Below, in pieces: positions 26,924-39,680 of a DNA stretch of 64,000 nucleotides; within the stretch, counting starts at the first letter, position 1, and the number at the start of each line of letters is the position of its first letter. The stretch covers positions 222,210,001 to 222,274,000 of the forward strand of contig NC_058368.1 of the NCBI RefSeq assembly GCF_018350175.1, given 5' to 3'. The DNA is from Felis catus (Eukaryota). The position numbers were made by a program, and so were the translations under genes. A model generated the notes under the pieces. That model was not told the DNA's origin. It did no database searches and worked only from the letters and a program-made list of their open reading frames with translations.

Positions 26924-26944
26924 AACAAAAATAAACATAAAAAA
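26711..26944 (+). mobile_element. Can-SINE with a long (CT)n tract
   Basis: TSD aaactatcctgca at 26698-26710 and 26945-26957. Confidence 0.95.
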
Positions 26945-27201
26945 AAACTATCCTGCAAAATACTTTTACTCTACCTACATGACACAATGCATTTATAAAT
27001 CCCCATAGAGTTTTATAGCCCAAATGGTAAATATTAATATAAACACATTTTAAAAATCATTTAAGAGGTCCGCGGGATCCAGGATGGATGCAGAATGTGA
27101 CTTGGGGCTTGGTCTATGAGAACTGACGGTAATATCTTTCAGTTTTTCTGTAAACTTAAAATTGTTCTAAACCATGCATTCAAGAAAATGCTCCTCGAGC
27201 C

Positions 27202-27362
27202 GGGAGCCTGGGTGGCTCAGTCTGTGTAGTATTCGGGGCCCATGTCGGTCTCTGAGCTGGCAGCATGCAGCCCGCTTGGGATTCTCTCTCACTCTCTCTC
27301 AGTCCCTTCCCTGCTTGCACTGTCTCTGTCTCTCTCAAATAAATAAATAAACTTAAAAAAAA
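27202..27362 (+). mobile_element. Can-SINE, internally deleted
   Basis: Head gcctgggtggctcagtc with the middle missing, then (CT)n and A tail. Confidence 0.85.
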
Positions 27363-27379
27363 AGCTCTTCAACCTACAA

Positions 27380-29350
27380 ACAAAATACATTTAGAAAGAA
27401 TCACACCATGGTCAAACACTACAGATGAAGAAATGTTCTGAGAAACAAGAAAATAAGAAGATGCATTATATGTTAGCACAGTGATATAAAGAATGACCGT
27501 TACCTTCATCAAAAACAATTGAAGCCAGAGACAGTAAAAGTAAATATTTAATGAGTTTATAGGAAAGATGTGTAAATCCAGAATTTTATATCTAATAATA
27601 ATTTTGCCTCAAAATTAAGGCTAACTAATAAAATTTTCAGGTAAACAAGAACAGAGAGAATGTATTGCTAGCTGAGCTGGACTACAGAAATACTATCTGC
27701 AGCTTGTTCGGTAAAACAAAGCAAAACAAAAGAAAAATGAGCATAAACTTAGTCATGCATGTATGTACCTGCAGAAAAAAAGTGAAGATCACTAGAAAGG
27801 GAAATTGTGAAGTTAAATATATAATAATATTTGAAAAATGTATTAGCTAACTGTTAACTCTTTAAAGCAAAAAATAAATAAATAAAACTATATTGTGGAT
27901 GTATAACGCACACAGAAGGAGAATGAATGGAAAGTAAAAAGAAGCCAAAACAACAACAAATGGCACTTGTTTCACAATGGCCAATTTGTATTGTTTTAAG
28001 TCATTTTGAAGAGTTAAAGATCAAAAAGCTGAATTTCTGGAGCAAGCAGTAATTAAAGCAAAATGTGACATAGCAGAAGAATTAGCAGTAGATGCCGAAA
28101 AATATACACCCAACTATGGTGATATTAAACACCACTTTCTCATGATAAAAAAAAGAAGCCACAATCAGCAATGATACAGAAGTTTTAAACTAGATTATTA
28201 TCTAACTTACCTAAAAGGAATTTGTGGACTATTACATCTAACAGCTACAAGATACAGTCGTTAGTGTTGTAAGACAAGTCTCATGAAATCACAAAGGATT
28301 ATATGTTCTGTGACCGTAACACAAATAAAACAACTTTAAGAAAAAAAAAAGAAGAATGAGAAAATCCTTATGCGTTGAGAATTAGCAGTATGTATCTAAA
28401 TACCAGTTTTTAAAAGGAAATTCAGTAAGAATTAAAAATATATTGGAACAAGATTAACATAGAAATTAATCGCACCCACATTTATGTAATTCAGGCAAGT
28501 GATGGGTGCAATTTATAATTTAAGTAAAAAAGTTTTATAAATAAATAAAGTCTCAATCGTAAGATTATATAAAGAGAAAAGGAAATTAAACCCTGAGGAA
28601 GAAGGATGAACATTTTAATGACGAGAGATCAAAGATATAAAATAGAGAAAAATAACATAGCCATAAGTACTAATCTTCAAAAAGTTTAGTAAAATTGGTA
28701 AACTCTGTAGTAGCTGAATAATATTTCTGCCAAAGATGTACATGTGCTAATTCCCCGAACCTGTGAACATGTTACCTTACGTGGCAAAAGAGTGCAGATG
28801 TGATTAAGTTTAGCGTTTCCATCTTGAGATAGAATATCTGGATTACCACAGTGAGCCCAGCATAGTCACAAAGGTCCTTGTTGGGAGAGCAGAAGGGGGA
28901 GACAAAAAGTCTGTCAGAAAGAGATGTGACAACGTAAGCAAAGTCAGAACGATTTCATTTCAGGCTTTGATCATGAAAGGGAACCATTAGTCAAGGATCG
29001 GAGAGCCTTCAGAAGCTGAGAAAGGCAAGAAAATGGATTTTTTTCCTAGAATGTGCAGAACAAATGTGACCCTGCAAACATTTTAACGTTAGCCTGTGAC
29101 ATCCATTAGGAACTTCTGATCTTCAGAACTGTAAAATAATCAATTTGTGATGTTTTAAGCCATTAAAATTGTGTTAATTTGTTATAGCAGCAATGGGAAC
29201 CTGAGAGGAACTCTCAGCAAGACTGATAAAAAAATGTAAAGAAAATATCAGTTAACAATAAATGAATGAAAGTTGTACCAGTACACAGACTTTCAACATA
29301 GAAGGAGAGTAAAAGTAGAGTGTATTTCCTTCTTGATGTTCTAAATTGTA
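27380..29350 (+). mobile_element. ancient L1M (ORF1/ORF2-region) fragments
   Basis: A-rich L1-like phrases (gaagccagagacagt; ccagaattttatatc; ggtgatattaaacaccactttc). Boundaries approximate. Confidence 0.55.
28706..29208 (+). mobile_element. MaLR solo LTR (MLT1D-like)
   Basis: TG start; aacctgtgaacatgttaccttacgtggcaaaag; 3' tttgttatagcagcaat; 5-bp TSD aactc at 28701-28705 and 29209-29213. Confidence 0.88.
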
Positions 29351-30333
29351 CTTAGTAGAAATATAACTTTATTTATTACATACGAATAGGAGGGCAACAA
29401 TGGAAAAGAAAATATATATATATATAATATTTCATTAATTGTGAATGGGTAAAACATCCTCCATTTTTTTTCACTTACTTTTTACTAACCTTCAGGTATT
29501 TTTTTCTCAATTAACTATTATTTTTTTTTTAAGTAGAAAGGTGTTTCCATCCTATTATCAATAATGCAAGTTCTTTAGTTAGGAGAATAAATGACACCAT
29601 TAAAATAAATTCATTGCCTTATACATTTCTTAGCAATTAATATAAATAAGCTTATTAAAATTGCATAGTACAATTCTGCCAGTTTGAGAACCATCCATCT
29701 TATTTTTATCTATATTTTGTAGTGTGAATTATAGAAAGCCAGTTTTAATGGAAGCTCAATCAACCTAAGTGATAATGCCTATCTTTGAGTACAAAGGGTC
29801 ATGAAACAAATGACTTTCTATGTTGATGCTAGCTTTGTCTAATGATCTAATGATCAAAATTTATGTCAAATTTTTACATTGAAAAATCTCACTGGAACAA
29901 AGAAAACTATAATTAGGCAATAATTTCTGAAATGTGGAGAATTACCAGTTATTGTCACAGTAACAACAAAATACTTAGACTCAAATGTAGTCATGTACTT
30001 AATTGTTTGCCTTTTGTTCAACGACCATGATGTTATAAAATTGTATACATCTTTACCCAACTCAAACCACATAACAACATTTATTTAACAGTGATATTTA
30101 TATTTAATTTACAGTAAGATTGAAGCAACAATTACTTCACTACTTATATGGTGTAGATTTTATTTCACTGATTTTCTGTTAGAGTTATTTAGACTTTACA
30201 GTCCTTATATTAAGCTTAACATTCTCACCTTAGATTTGCTCCATACCTGCTCAGTTACCCAAATATTATTTGAAATTTTGATCACTCTGGTCATAACACT
30301 GGCATCCAAATCAATAAGAAATTACTTATTGTT

Positions 30334-30362
30334 TTTTTTTTAATTTTTTTTTCAACGTTTTT
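30334..30362 (-). mobile_element. extremely 5'-truncated SINEC_Fc (3' tail only)
   Basis: Reverse reads aaaaacgttgaaaaaaaaattaaaaaaaa, matching the 3' end of the young SINE at 40038-40071. Perfect 19-bp TSD taagaaattacttattgtt. Confidence 0.85.
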
Positions 30363-31130
30363 TAAGAAATTACTTATTGTTAAGTAAAATTAATTAGGAT
30401 CGAATATTTACAAGAGTGAGTAAGGTACTATAACACTGTAGAGACTTAATATAACACTTAATATAACTGAAATAAAATATTTGGTTTTGAATATCACATT
30501 TTTTCCATCTGGTTCCCTATTTTGAAAAGCTTATTCCTTTATGAGTGAGAAACATAAAATTTGAAATAATCAATATCTTACAGTCATATTTACTACTTGC
30601 TTAAATTTTATATTATTACCTGCCATTGTTGAGTAAAATGCATGAAGACGAGATACAAGCCTAACTAAAAATATTCATGAAGCGTAAGGATGAGGAATAT
30701 ATCCAGATCATGGATAACCTGACACAGAACTGAGCAGGCATTTAAAATCCTCCACATTTAAAAATTTCTAAGCCAGAAGATGTTTCTTAAATTACATAAG
30801 ATGATTTGTGTTTATCTTAACTGCTATATAATTTTTTTATTATATTTCTTGTTTTGTTTTACAAAAGTACATGATAACACTATCATGGAATTTACATTTA
30901 CTTAGACCATATGAAGTAGTAAAGTTAATACTGATAACAACAACAATAATACTAGAAGAAATTTAATACTAACATTTTACATTTTTTAGCATTTTATTTC
31001 TCAAGATCTCTGCTATGTGCTGTATGTGAATTAAATTACTGAATCATCCTACTAGAATTGTGGGTAAGTGCTACAGAAGATATGATTCTTTTACATGAAA
31101 AAAAAGAAATCCCATTCAATAAGGAAAACT

Positions 31131-31275
31131 TATTATTTATATTATATTATATTACATTATATTATATATTATATTTAATATATGTAATATAGTACATAAA
31201 TAATAAATAAAATAAAATTATATTATATTATATTATATTATATTATATTATATTATATTATATTATATATTATAT
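31131..31275. repeat. (TATTA)n/AT-rich simple repeat
   Basis: Seen directly. Confidence 0.9.
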
Positions 31276-31309
31276 TTCCTGTATAAAAAGCTCTAGAAGT
31301 TAGGACCCC

Positions 31310-31795
31310 TAGGGTTGTTTAATTCAGTGGCTGAATGATATCATCAAGAACCCAGATTTTTTTCTCTTCTTTTTGGATCTGCAATTCTCAGCAGCTTTGT
31401 TCCCAAGCTTCCTCTCTTCATGAGAGTAAAATGGCTTTGATTGTGTGTAAACATGAGAATGTATAGTAGAAAATGTAACTCTAACTTTTCTTGTGTGACT
31501 TCCTTTTTTCAATGAGGGGAATTCCCCCAGAATTCTTCCTTCACAGTTTTCTAAATATGAATAAGTAAGAATAACAATATAATGGTGAATAAGATATATT
31601 TTAATTCTTATGCAGGATCAAGGTCTCATAATCTTTTCCACCCTATCACTGGCAAGGAGAATGAGATTCTAGTGAGTAGCTTACACTAAGCAGGATTTAT
31701 CAGTGAGTCAAATGAAAGAGAATTAAAGCATGAACAAAATTGATGACCTAATAGAGAAATTGAAAGTTGGGTAGGCAACCACTATGACTACCATA
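31310..31795 (-). mobile_element. MaLR LTR (MLT1J/K-like)
   Basis: gatatcatcaagaacccagattt...ctgcaattctcagc; atcactggcaaggagaatgagatt; gggtaggcaacca. Confidence 0.6.
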
Positions 31796-31960
31796 GCTAT
31801 TATCCTTATTTTGTATAAAATCAAACTAAAGATTAAAGGAATAGTTATATCAGCATTATAAGGATAGGAATTTGCAGATCATAAATTCAATGAGGAATTG
31901 TAGGGTTGAAGAGATTTAGTATCCAGTTCTAGGAAGACAATGGCTAACAATTGGTGAGGG

Positions 31961-32010
31961 GGAAGGAAGGAAGGAAGGAAGGAAGGAAGGAAGGAAGGAA
32001 GGAAGGAAGG
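31961..32010. repeat. (GGAA)n microsatellite
   Basis: Seen directly. Confidence 0.95.
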
Positions 32011-32437
32011 GAGGGAGGAAGAATAAAAGAAAGAGGGGAAGTAAGAAATTTTGCCGGATTTTAGAAGGCTATATCTGTTTCAAAATGCCTATCAGGTTAT
32101 TTTCTGGACCAGATATTAAGACTTAGCTAATTATTTGGATGTCTTCCCCTCACCCCCTCCTTTGATTTTCTATTTAAGGTGAGGGATTCTACAGCATATT
32201 CGAATGCTGGTGTAGTGATCCAATGCATAGGAAAAGAATACTGAAACAGAAAAAACAAGCAACCAAAGGGGCCATTTCTTTCCTTAGTCACTAATAGAGA
32301 ATAAGAAGAGCACTTCCAAATTTATTTATTTTTTGACAAAGGGAAATCCATTATAATGTTGGTATGAACGAGAAAATATGTATATACTCAGGAAAGTTGA
32401 AAAATTATTCAGAGAATGATGAAGTTTCCCAATATTT

Positions 32438-32485
32438 TATTTTATTTTATTTAAATTAGTTTTTAAAGTTTATTTTTATTTTTAC

Positions 32486-32528
<43 letters not shown>

Positions 32529-32683
32529 GTGGGGGAGGGGCAGAGAGAGGGAGACAGAGAGAGAATCCCAAGCAGGCTTCACATTGCCAGTGCGGAGCCT
32601 GATGTGGGGTTCAAACCCAGGAACCCTGAGATAATGATATGAGCCTAAATCAAAATCAGATGCTCAACGGAATGAGTCACCCC
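32438..32683 (-). mobile_element. Can-SINE
   Basis: (GA)n tract; TSD tttcc(c/g)aatattt. Confidence 0.92.
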
Positions 32684-32734
32684 TTTTTCCGAATATTTCA
32701 GTTCACATCCTCAATTCTGATTAAAAAAAAAAAA

Positions 32735-32929
32735 TGTTTGCTTTCATTTTTGAGAAAGAGACAGAGCACAAGTGGGGAAGGGGCAGAGAGACAGGGAGAC
32801 ATAGAATCCAAATAGGATCCAGGTTCCAAGCTGTCAGCACAGAGAACTACGCGGGGCTTGAACCTCAAACCGTAAGATATGACCTGAGCTGAAGTCAGAA
32901 GCTCAATGGTTTCAGCCAGCCAGACACCG
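32735..32929 (-). mobile_element. Can-SINE, diverged
   Basis: ggggcagagagacagggagacatagaatcc...ctgtcagcacagag...acctgagctgaagtc. Confidence 0.9.
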
Positions 32930-34336
32930 CATCTTATATTTTATTGTTTTATTTACCCCTTTATCTTTCACATGTTTCTTGTCATATGCTATTAATTTTC
33001 AAGTTCTGTATAAAAATTAAAATACTATTCTGCTAAAAAAAAATGTTACTAGAAATCATTAAGCACTTTCACAAACTAGAATATAAGTACATCGTAATGA
33101 AAATGTGGACCACAACAAATATTTAGTATTTGAGTGGCATCCAAATTTCAGTCTTTTAAACTATGTAAAAAGATTATACTTTCCTATCTAAAAATATAAA
33201 GGTTTATATTAAGAAGTCAGAGTGCCATTGTACTTTAATCATGTACTCATCTAAATGGAAATGAGCAGAACTAATTCTTTAGAATTTAGATGTTGAGCTG
33301 AACCAAACCTATTATAAAATAACGGGTGACTCTAACAGAGCCAAGGTAAGTAACTATCCTGTAAAATAAATTCATCCCTAACACAATAAAAATGTTGAAA
33401 TACAAAGATGACAGATTTGTTGCTGTCCTTGGATATGTATTCAAATATGTTAAAAAAAAACTACCCCAAGGATGAAAAAGATTTTTTTAATTTGTAGCTA
33501 TGATTATTTATAAAATGAACATTGTGACCAATATTTTTGTACTGTCATTAATGATATTGGATTTTACTTTATTTCTTTGCTGTGAATTAGAGATGTCAGA
33601 ACAGCTTATCTATCTTCCCAAAGACTGGATTAATGTACAAATAGATCCTGTAATCGATTGTTCAGAAAACATAGACGTACAGGTCTACACTTGTATAATT
33701 GTTTTTCAAAAATAATATTTTCTAAATCCAGCATAGAGAAAATATTTACTGGGCAACTAAATTTATAAAGAAAGACCCAAATTACAATTGTAAACAGAAC
33801 ACTGAGCAAATCAGTTTGAAACGCTTGACAAGATATTTGGAAGCTGCCATGAAAATTAATCAGATCCCCCCAAATGCATTATTAATATACATATGCTTAT
33901 ATATTTAAAAAAATCTTTAAAGCGATTTTTCTAACCCAAACAATGGTGCATACCTCCATCCCAGTTCAATCTTACCCTCTTAATACAAGCATTCAGAATT
34001 GTTTGTGCTTTCAAAAACGTGCTTTCTCTAGATTCGTATAATGTTAACATCTTGTCTTCCTGGACTCCTCTAAATATCATATTTCTAAGACATATAATCA
34101 AGTTTATAATTCTGCTTAATTTAAGAGATATGTTTTGTCCAATTTGTATGGAATATTGAATACACAGTTAGAGCCAAAAAAATTAGTGCCTTTAGGATTA
34201 CTTACTTGAGTGCATGTTTTCCATTGTTAAAATTAAGAAGTAATAGTTTTGGGAAAAATTAAACATAAGTCCTGAAAACTATTAATTTATATTTAAGAAA
34301 ACATCTTACATGTGTTTCTTCAAGCCACCTCTTCTT

Positions 34337-34559
34337 TTTTTTTTTTTATTTTTTTTGTTTTCATGTTTATTCAGTTTTGAGGAAAGAGAGACAGACTGTG
34401 AGGGGGGAGGGGCAGAGCAAGGGAGACACAGAATCCCAGCAGGGTCCAGACTCTGAGCTGTCAGCACAGAGCCAGAGGCAGGGCTTGAACTCAGGAACTG
34501 CAAGATCATGACCTGAGACAAAGTTGGAGGCTTAACCGACTGAGACACCCAGGTGCCCC
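34337..34559 (-). mobile_element. Can-SINE (first of a tandem pair)
   Basis: Full reverse SINE ending in cccaggtgcccc. Confidence 0.94.
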
Positions 34560-34568
34560 TACCACCAC

Positions 34569-34570
<2 letters not shown>

Positions 34571-34600
<30 letters not shown>

Positions 34601-34642
34601 CTTCTTCTTCTTCTTCTTCTTCTTCTTCTTCTTCTTCTTCTT
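34571..34642. repeat. (CTT)24/(GAA)24 trinucleotide repeat forming a SINE tail
   Basis: Uninterrupted CTT run, counted directly. Confidence 0.96.
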
Positions 34643-34807
34643 TTTGTGTTTATTTGTTTTGAGAGAGAGAGAGAGACAGAGAGAGAGAGCTCATGTGGAG
34701 GGGAGGGGCAGAAAGAGAATCCCAAGCAGGCTTACAAACTGTGAGATCATAACCTGAGCTGAAATCAAGAGTTGAACACTTAACCAACAAAGCCCCCCAG
34801 GTGCCCC
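34571..34807 (-). mobile_element. Can-SINE, internally deleted, with (GAA)n tail
   Basis: Outer TSD caag(c/t)ca(c/t)ctcttctt at 34321-34336 and 34807-34822. Confidence 0.88.
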
Positions 34808-37800
34808 AAGTCATCTCTTCTTATAGAGAATTTATATCATGGCAAATTTTAGTTTATTCCAAAATCTAAGGAAGAACACACTGATTTCAGCAGTTTCAGT
34901 AATTTGATCCATTTTTGTTTGACTTTGAAAACCATCTTCAGCAAATGGATAATACTATCATAATTAATAAAATAGCAGGGAGTGTGATGAAATTCAACTT
35001 CCATGGCACACGGTTTGCACAGCAAAGTTACAAATGACCTTAACTATTACCTACTTATGTAGGTATGTATGCGTGTTTGTGAGTGGATAGCTAATTTGAA
35101 AAGTCAAACTTTTGTGAGGAGCTTTTGGTTTACTTAAATTTTTAAAATGCGATTTAGTTTGGAATTAGTTATTGTGCGACGATTTTGAATTTTCTCACCC
35201 GTTTAGATAAAAAATTAATTCAGATGTATTTAAAAAAATATTTAATCAGGTCCCCACTCAGCGTTAGCAGCAAGAAAATTACATTTGCTTTCTAGAAGCC
35301 ACTTTACTGTTATAACCATGTAACCCTTACTTTGGACTAAAGTACTGTAAAAAAAAAAAAACAAAAAAAAAACAAAAAAAAAACCTCCAATAGAATCACT
35401 CTTACACTATAGAGTGATGTTCTGTTATTTGTGTTGCTGTTCTTCCACATGGAGTTTATTCCACCCATGGTTCTGCCATCTTCCAGGGCCAGAGGGAGAC
35501 AGCCAGCTGAAATTAAAAGACTTTGGGGGTAGACGGACAAAAACAAAAACAAAAAAACAAAACACAAGGGATGCTTTTAAATGCCCAACCTGGAAGAAAA
35601 ACATATGGCAGACGTACCTTTCTTATTTGAGAGAATTTGGCCACGGAGCCGCATGGAATATCAACCGCATTGACATGGCTGGCAAACGTAGTTGAGCTGT
35701 GTTCTCAAGAATGAGAAGGGGTTTAGTGATATAGTGGTTTCTACAATAACCTCCAAACAAATTTTCAGGACTCCGCTGAAAAGATAGGCCAAAGGAACCA
35801 TTCCTGCTTGCATACTCCTGGCAGAGATAGAGGTGGTAAATTAGATATATTTTCTAGTATTTGATTCTATTAGAAATGCAACATATCACTATTAAAAATA
35901 AAGGTAACAGAAAACAAAACAGAAATAAAACAAAAAATAAATGCAATGCACCTACTAGTTATGCCAGGGTGGTTAAAACCCCGGGAAGTCCCAAATCCCA
36001 AGGGGCACTTTTAGGTGGCCCTAAAGGGACCTAAGACCCTTTTGCCAGAAGCTCCAAATTCCCAAATCATCAGCCACAATTTTCCTTGATTGCTAGAGAT
36101 GTGAACATTGTAAATTAGACCACAGAGTTCCAATAAATCTTAATTAGAAAAAAAAAAAAATGTCTATCTCTAGTGAATCTTGTTCTCTATTTGGATGATC
36201 CTTCTGGTAAGCCACATTACTAGAGATATGCTATAGAATTCCTTAAAGGCCCATGCTTATTTATGGTCCAAGGTCAGAACTCATGCACATTCACATCCAG
36301 TCCCTAGTCTGCAGTACAGTCACTGGGCCTGGTTGGCTGGTCCTGCAAGGACTTGAACGCTTCACAACATTTGAATAGTCTAGATAAACCTACAGATCCT
36401 GAAGTTATGTTTGGATCTTAAATCAAGATGTCTCCTTTCTTCCTTGTGAGTGCCTCTCTGTGGTCCTCGGAACCTTTAACGTGAGAAGAATTCTAAATGA
36501 AGAAACTTCTAATCATGTTTCTCCTCCAAAGAAAATATAGCAGGGTCATGATCTGTGATACATCCTGACCCCTAAAGGAGTATCTTCCACACTACTCAAT
36601 GTTCTCTACTCTTATCATTGCAACTATTCCATAAAACAAAGGGTCTCTGAAGCGGTAACTTTTGTTAGGCTACAAGTCTGTTGAATTTTTCCCTAGGGCA
36701 GAAACAAAAAACAAAAACAAAAAACTGATCTTCCTTAAATCACAGAGAAGGGGCCAGACCATGAAAAAGAAACATTATTCAAAGGCAGTTTGCATTTGTC
36801 ATATATACTAAAATACTAGTAACTTCTCTACCAATAAGACATAAATATTTTTTGCTATCTTCCAAACATGTCTTTACACCTGAATAAACCAAGCTCCCTG
36901 ACTCTTAAGGGACCCAAGACATAGCACCCTCTACTTTACTTTCTACAATAACTGGTTTTACAATTTTATTACTACCTCCTTTCCATAGTCTATAAGCTTG
37001 AAGAGACAGCAGGCAATAACCTGGCATTTATAACAATAATTGCAACGTCTAGTACAGCGCCTGGCATAATGCAGATAGATTATAAATATTTCTTGATTAG
37101 ATGAATATATCAAAATTTCCCCAGGAATGAATTATGCCAATTAGTTAAAAGTTCAGGGTCTTGTCTTTCCAGACTGTCTCTTTTTCAAAGTGCATAAAGT
37201 AGAAATTAGCCCTCTTCTGAACATTGTTACATATTTAGATAAAAACAAAAACAATAAGAATGATAGATTATTATTTTTTTTCATAAGGAACAATTCTCAA
37301 TATGTGAAACCATATGATAAAAAGCACAACTTGCTTTGGTTACATTACGTGTATCTCCCACAGATCATCTTGAAAAATAGACTGTGAATTGTATCTTATC
37401 ACATTAATTGAGCATTAATTTTAGCTCTCAATAAATGGTCAAACATAGGTGACATTTAACATAGATCACAGAAGTAAAGATTGGTATCTTTTAAATAAGT
37501 TTCAGACTTATCAGACAAAATATTTTTCTTACATGTTGCTGTCAGGAAAACTATGATTAAGGCTATTTTTTTTTCATTTTTATCATTGTTGCCAGTAAAA
37601 ACTGGATTCCATTAAGTGAACTGGGAGGTGCATTAAGAATAAGCAAGTGCGAAACACAGAATCAAATGTTTATTTCACACAAAACCTCTCTATCATGATT
37701 AGTGAGCCTGGTTGACAGCGATTGATTTCTGTTTTCTTAAATTGTATTGATTATCATAAAAATGCAGTTGGCTAGGATTTGCACATAGCTCTCCTTGTCA

Positions 37801-37907
37801 TCACCTCTTAATCTCCTTTCCAGACAAAGGCACAAAGATATGAAGAAGAAAGAGAAGGAGGAGGTAAAAGAAAAGAACAAGAAAATGAAGAAAGAAAATA
37901 TATTACA

Positions 37908-38172
37908 TGGCATGATTGTCAATTTTACGTGTAAACTTGGCTAGGCCATGGTAACCACATATTTGGCCAGATCTTATTCTAGATATTTCTGTGAAGGTAG
38001 TTTTTAGATGAGGTCAACATTTAAATCAGTAGACTATGGAAAGCAAATCATCCTTCACAATATGGATGGGCCACACCCAACCCATTAAAGGCCTTCATCG
38101 GAAAATGTTCTCCCTGAATGGCGAGAGAGTTCGACCAGCAGACAGGCTTGAGAATCAAACCGCAGCTCTCTC
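37908..38172 (+). mobile_element. ERVL LTR (MLT2-type), 3'-truncated
   Basis: aattttacgtgtaaacttggctaggccatgg...tttagatgaggtcaacatttaaatcagtagac, characteristic of MLT2. Confidence 0.85.
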
Positions 38173-38174
38173 CT

Positions 38175-39680
38175 CAATTTGCTGTCACTTAAGTAAATGT
38201 CCATAGTTCCCTTGGGAAGAACTGGAGAAATTATTACAATATGCACTGACTATGATGTCGGAATAAACCTTCCTCCTAGCGATCTGGCTATCTCACCAGT
38301 AAATGGGCTACAGATCTGAAAATTGGCACAGTTTTGGGGAACTGAGCAAGGGATCATGGCTCTTTACTGGAGTGACTGCCTTCATTGTCCTGTCCCTCCA
38401 TTCTTGCCATTTTCTTATTGTAGATGTTAAACAGGGCCTTAGTGGCTGCCTGTCCACTTTTGCCTGTAGGAATAGCACACTCAATTAATTATCTCTACTG
38501 CTACCTTTAAGCCATGAACCATGGCTCTTTTTCTGACATTAGTGCTCATTCCTCTTATTTTTAGTCCCCTCTATCATATCCGTAGATATTAGCTATGCCA
38601 ACTTTGCTACCTCCTTTCCTATCACCGACGAGCCTTACAAAGGAGAGCCACTACTTAACTTTTTGCGTTGCTGGTGTCTCATCAATGCATTTTTGATGGC
38701 CTTGGTGGGTACTGCGGGTCCTCCCATGCTACTCAGCATTCTCTCTTCCTGAAGCTTCTTTACCCTGTCTTGGCAACTCAGCTATGTCTGTGTTGCTCAA
38801 CACATTAATTAATGGGACATTAATTTCTTCATTCTTCTGGGGCAGTGAGCTTGCTCTATTCCCTGGGATGCTTGGTATCCTTGTCTAAGTGTGAAATCCC
38901 TATGTCCTCAGAAGAATTTTTCCTTATCCACTCTTATATTCTGGCCAATCATCAAGTACTTCCAAAAGGCACTCCGGAGGTTACTCCCTGACTCCTGACA
39001 GTACTTGTAAGTTAATTTTACAGCCTCTTTAGTTTATATTTGCTTCTTTATTAGGCTCAACATATTCCAGTTGAACCATGTTTTGATCTAATATTAGTTA
39101 TCAGCCTATGACCCGAGGGAGAAGAAATGGAATTCTTGAGGGAAGGTTGTAGCCTGTTGTCCTTGTGGGAGAGGACACTATGGTGTGTTCTAACATGGAT
39201 AAAGTGCTAGCTTTCACTAGAGAAAAGTGGTGCCTTCCCTCGATGAACTCTGAGGATTCAGAGAATCCAGTGGAGACAATTTCTTCAAAAGCATCTATTT
39301 AGATAATGTATCTAAATGTCTTCATCGCGTATTTCAGGGTCCCCCAAAATTACCTTAGCTTATTATCATTTCTCTGCAGGGCATCAATACAGCTCATCAA
39401 GAATCAGTTAATGCCTCATTCCTTGAAGGCACTGATTCCCTTCAAATCTTTCAAAAGCCTCAATCATTGCAACTGCAAAGGCAGTCCCCTCCACCAGACC
39501 ATTTTTTTCCTGGTCACCATAGTGAAATAATGAGCAATTAGGACCCTACCTTGTGCTAGCAACAATCCATATCTCACCCACCACTGAAGATGGCATCTCC
39601 TTTTCTTGACTGGCAGTAAGTATATCAGTCTCCAAACACCATCTGCTACCTTCTTTTCTGGAACCATTGCTGCTACCTGA
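38175..39680 (-). mobile_element. ERVL internal region (gag-side, ERV3-16A3-like), decayed
   Basis: ctcatcaatgcatttttgatggccttggtg and a leader-like end (reverse ggtagcagcaatggttccag) next to the LTR. Recalled similarity. Confidence 0.6.

Larger units (their letters stand above)
23925..27180 (+). mobile_element. old L1M (L1MC-like) ORF2 and 3' end, heavily deleted, with three SINE insertions
   Basis: KIYQANTNQKDTGVVV endonuclease-like segment and further ORF2-like stretches; 3' ggatccaggatggatgcagaatgtgac (L1MC4-like). Confidence 0.8.

Noticed and set aside
33500..33715. Protein-like ORF (EMSEQLIYLPKDWINVQIDPVIDC)
   Set aside because: No recognisable family, poor splice donor and AT-rich context.
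34306..34744. Poly-Arg / poly-Leu ORFs
   Set aside because: They are translations of the (CTT)24 microsatellite and flanking SINEs.
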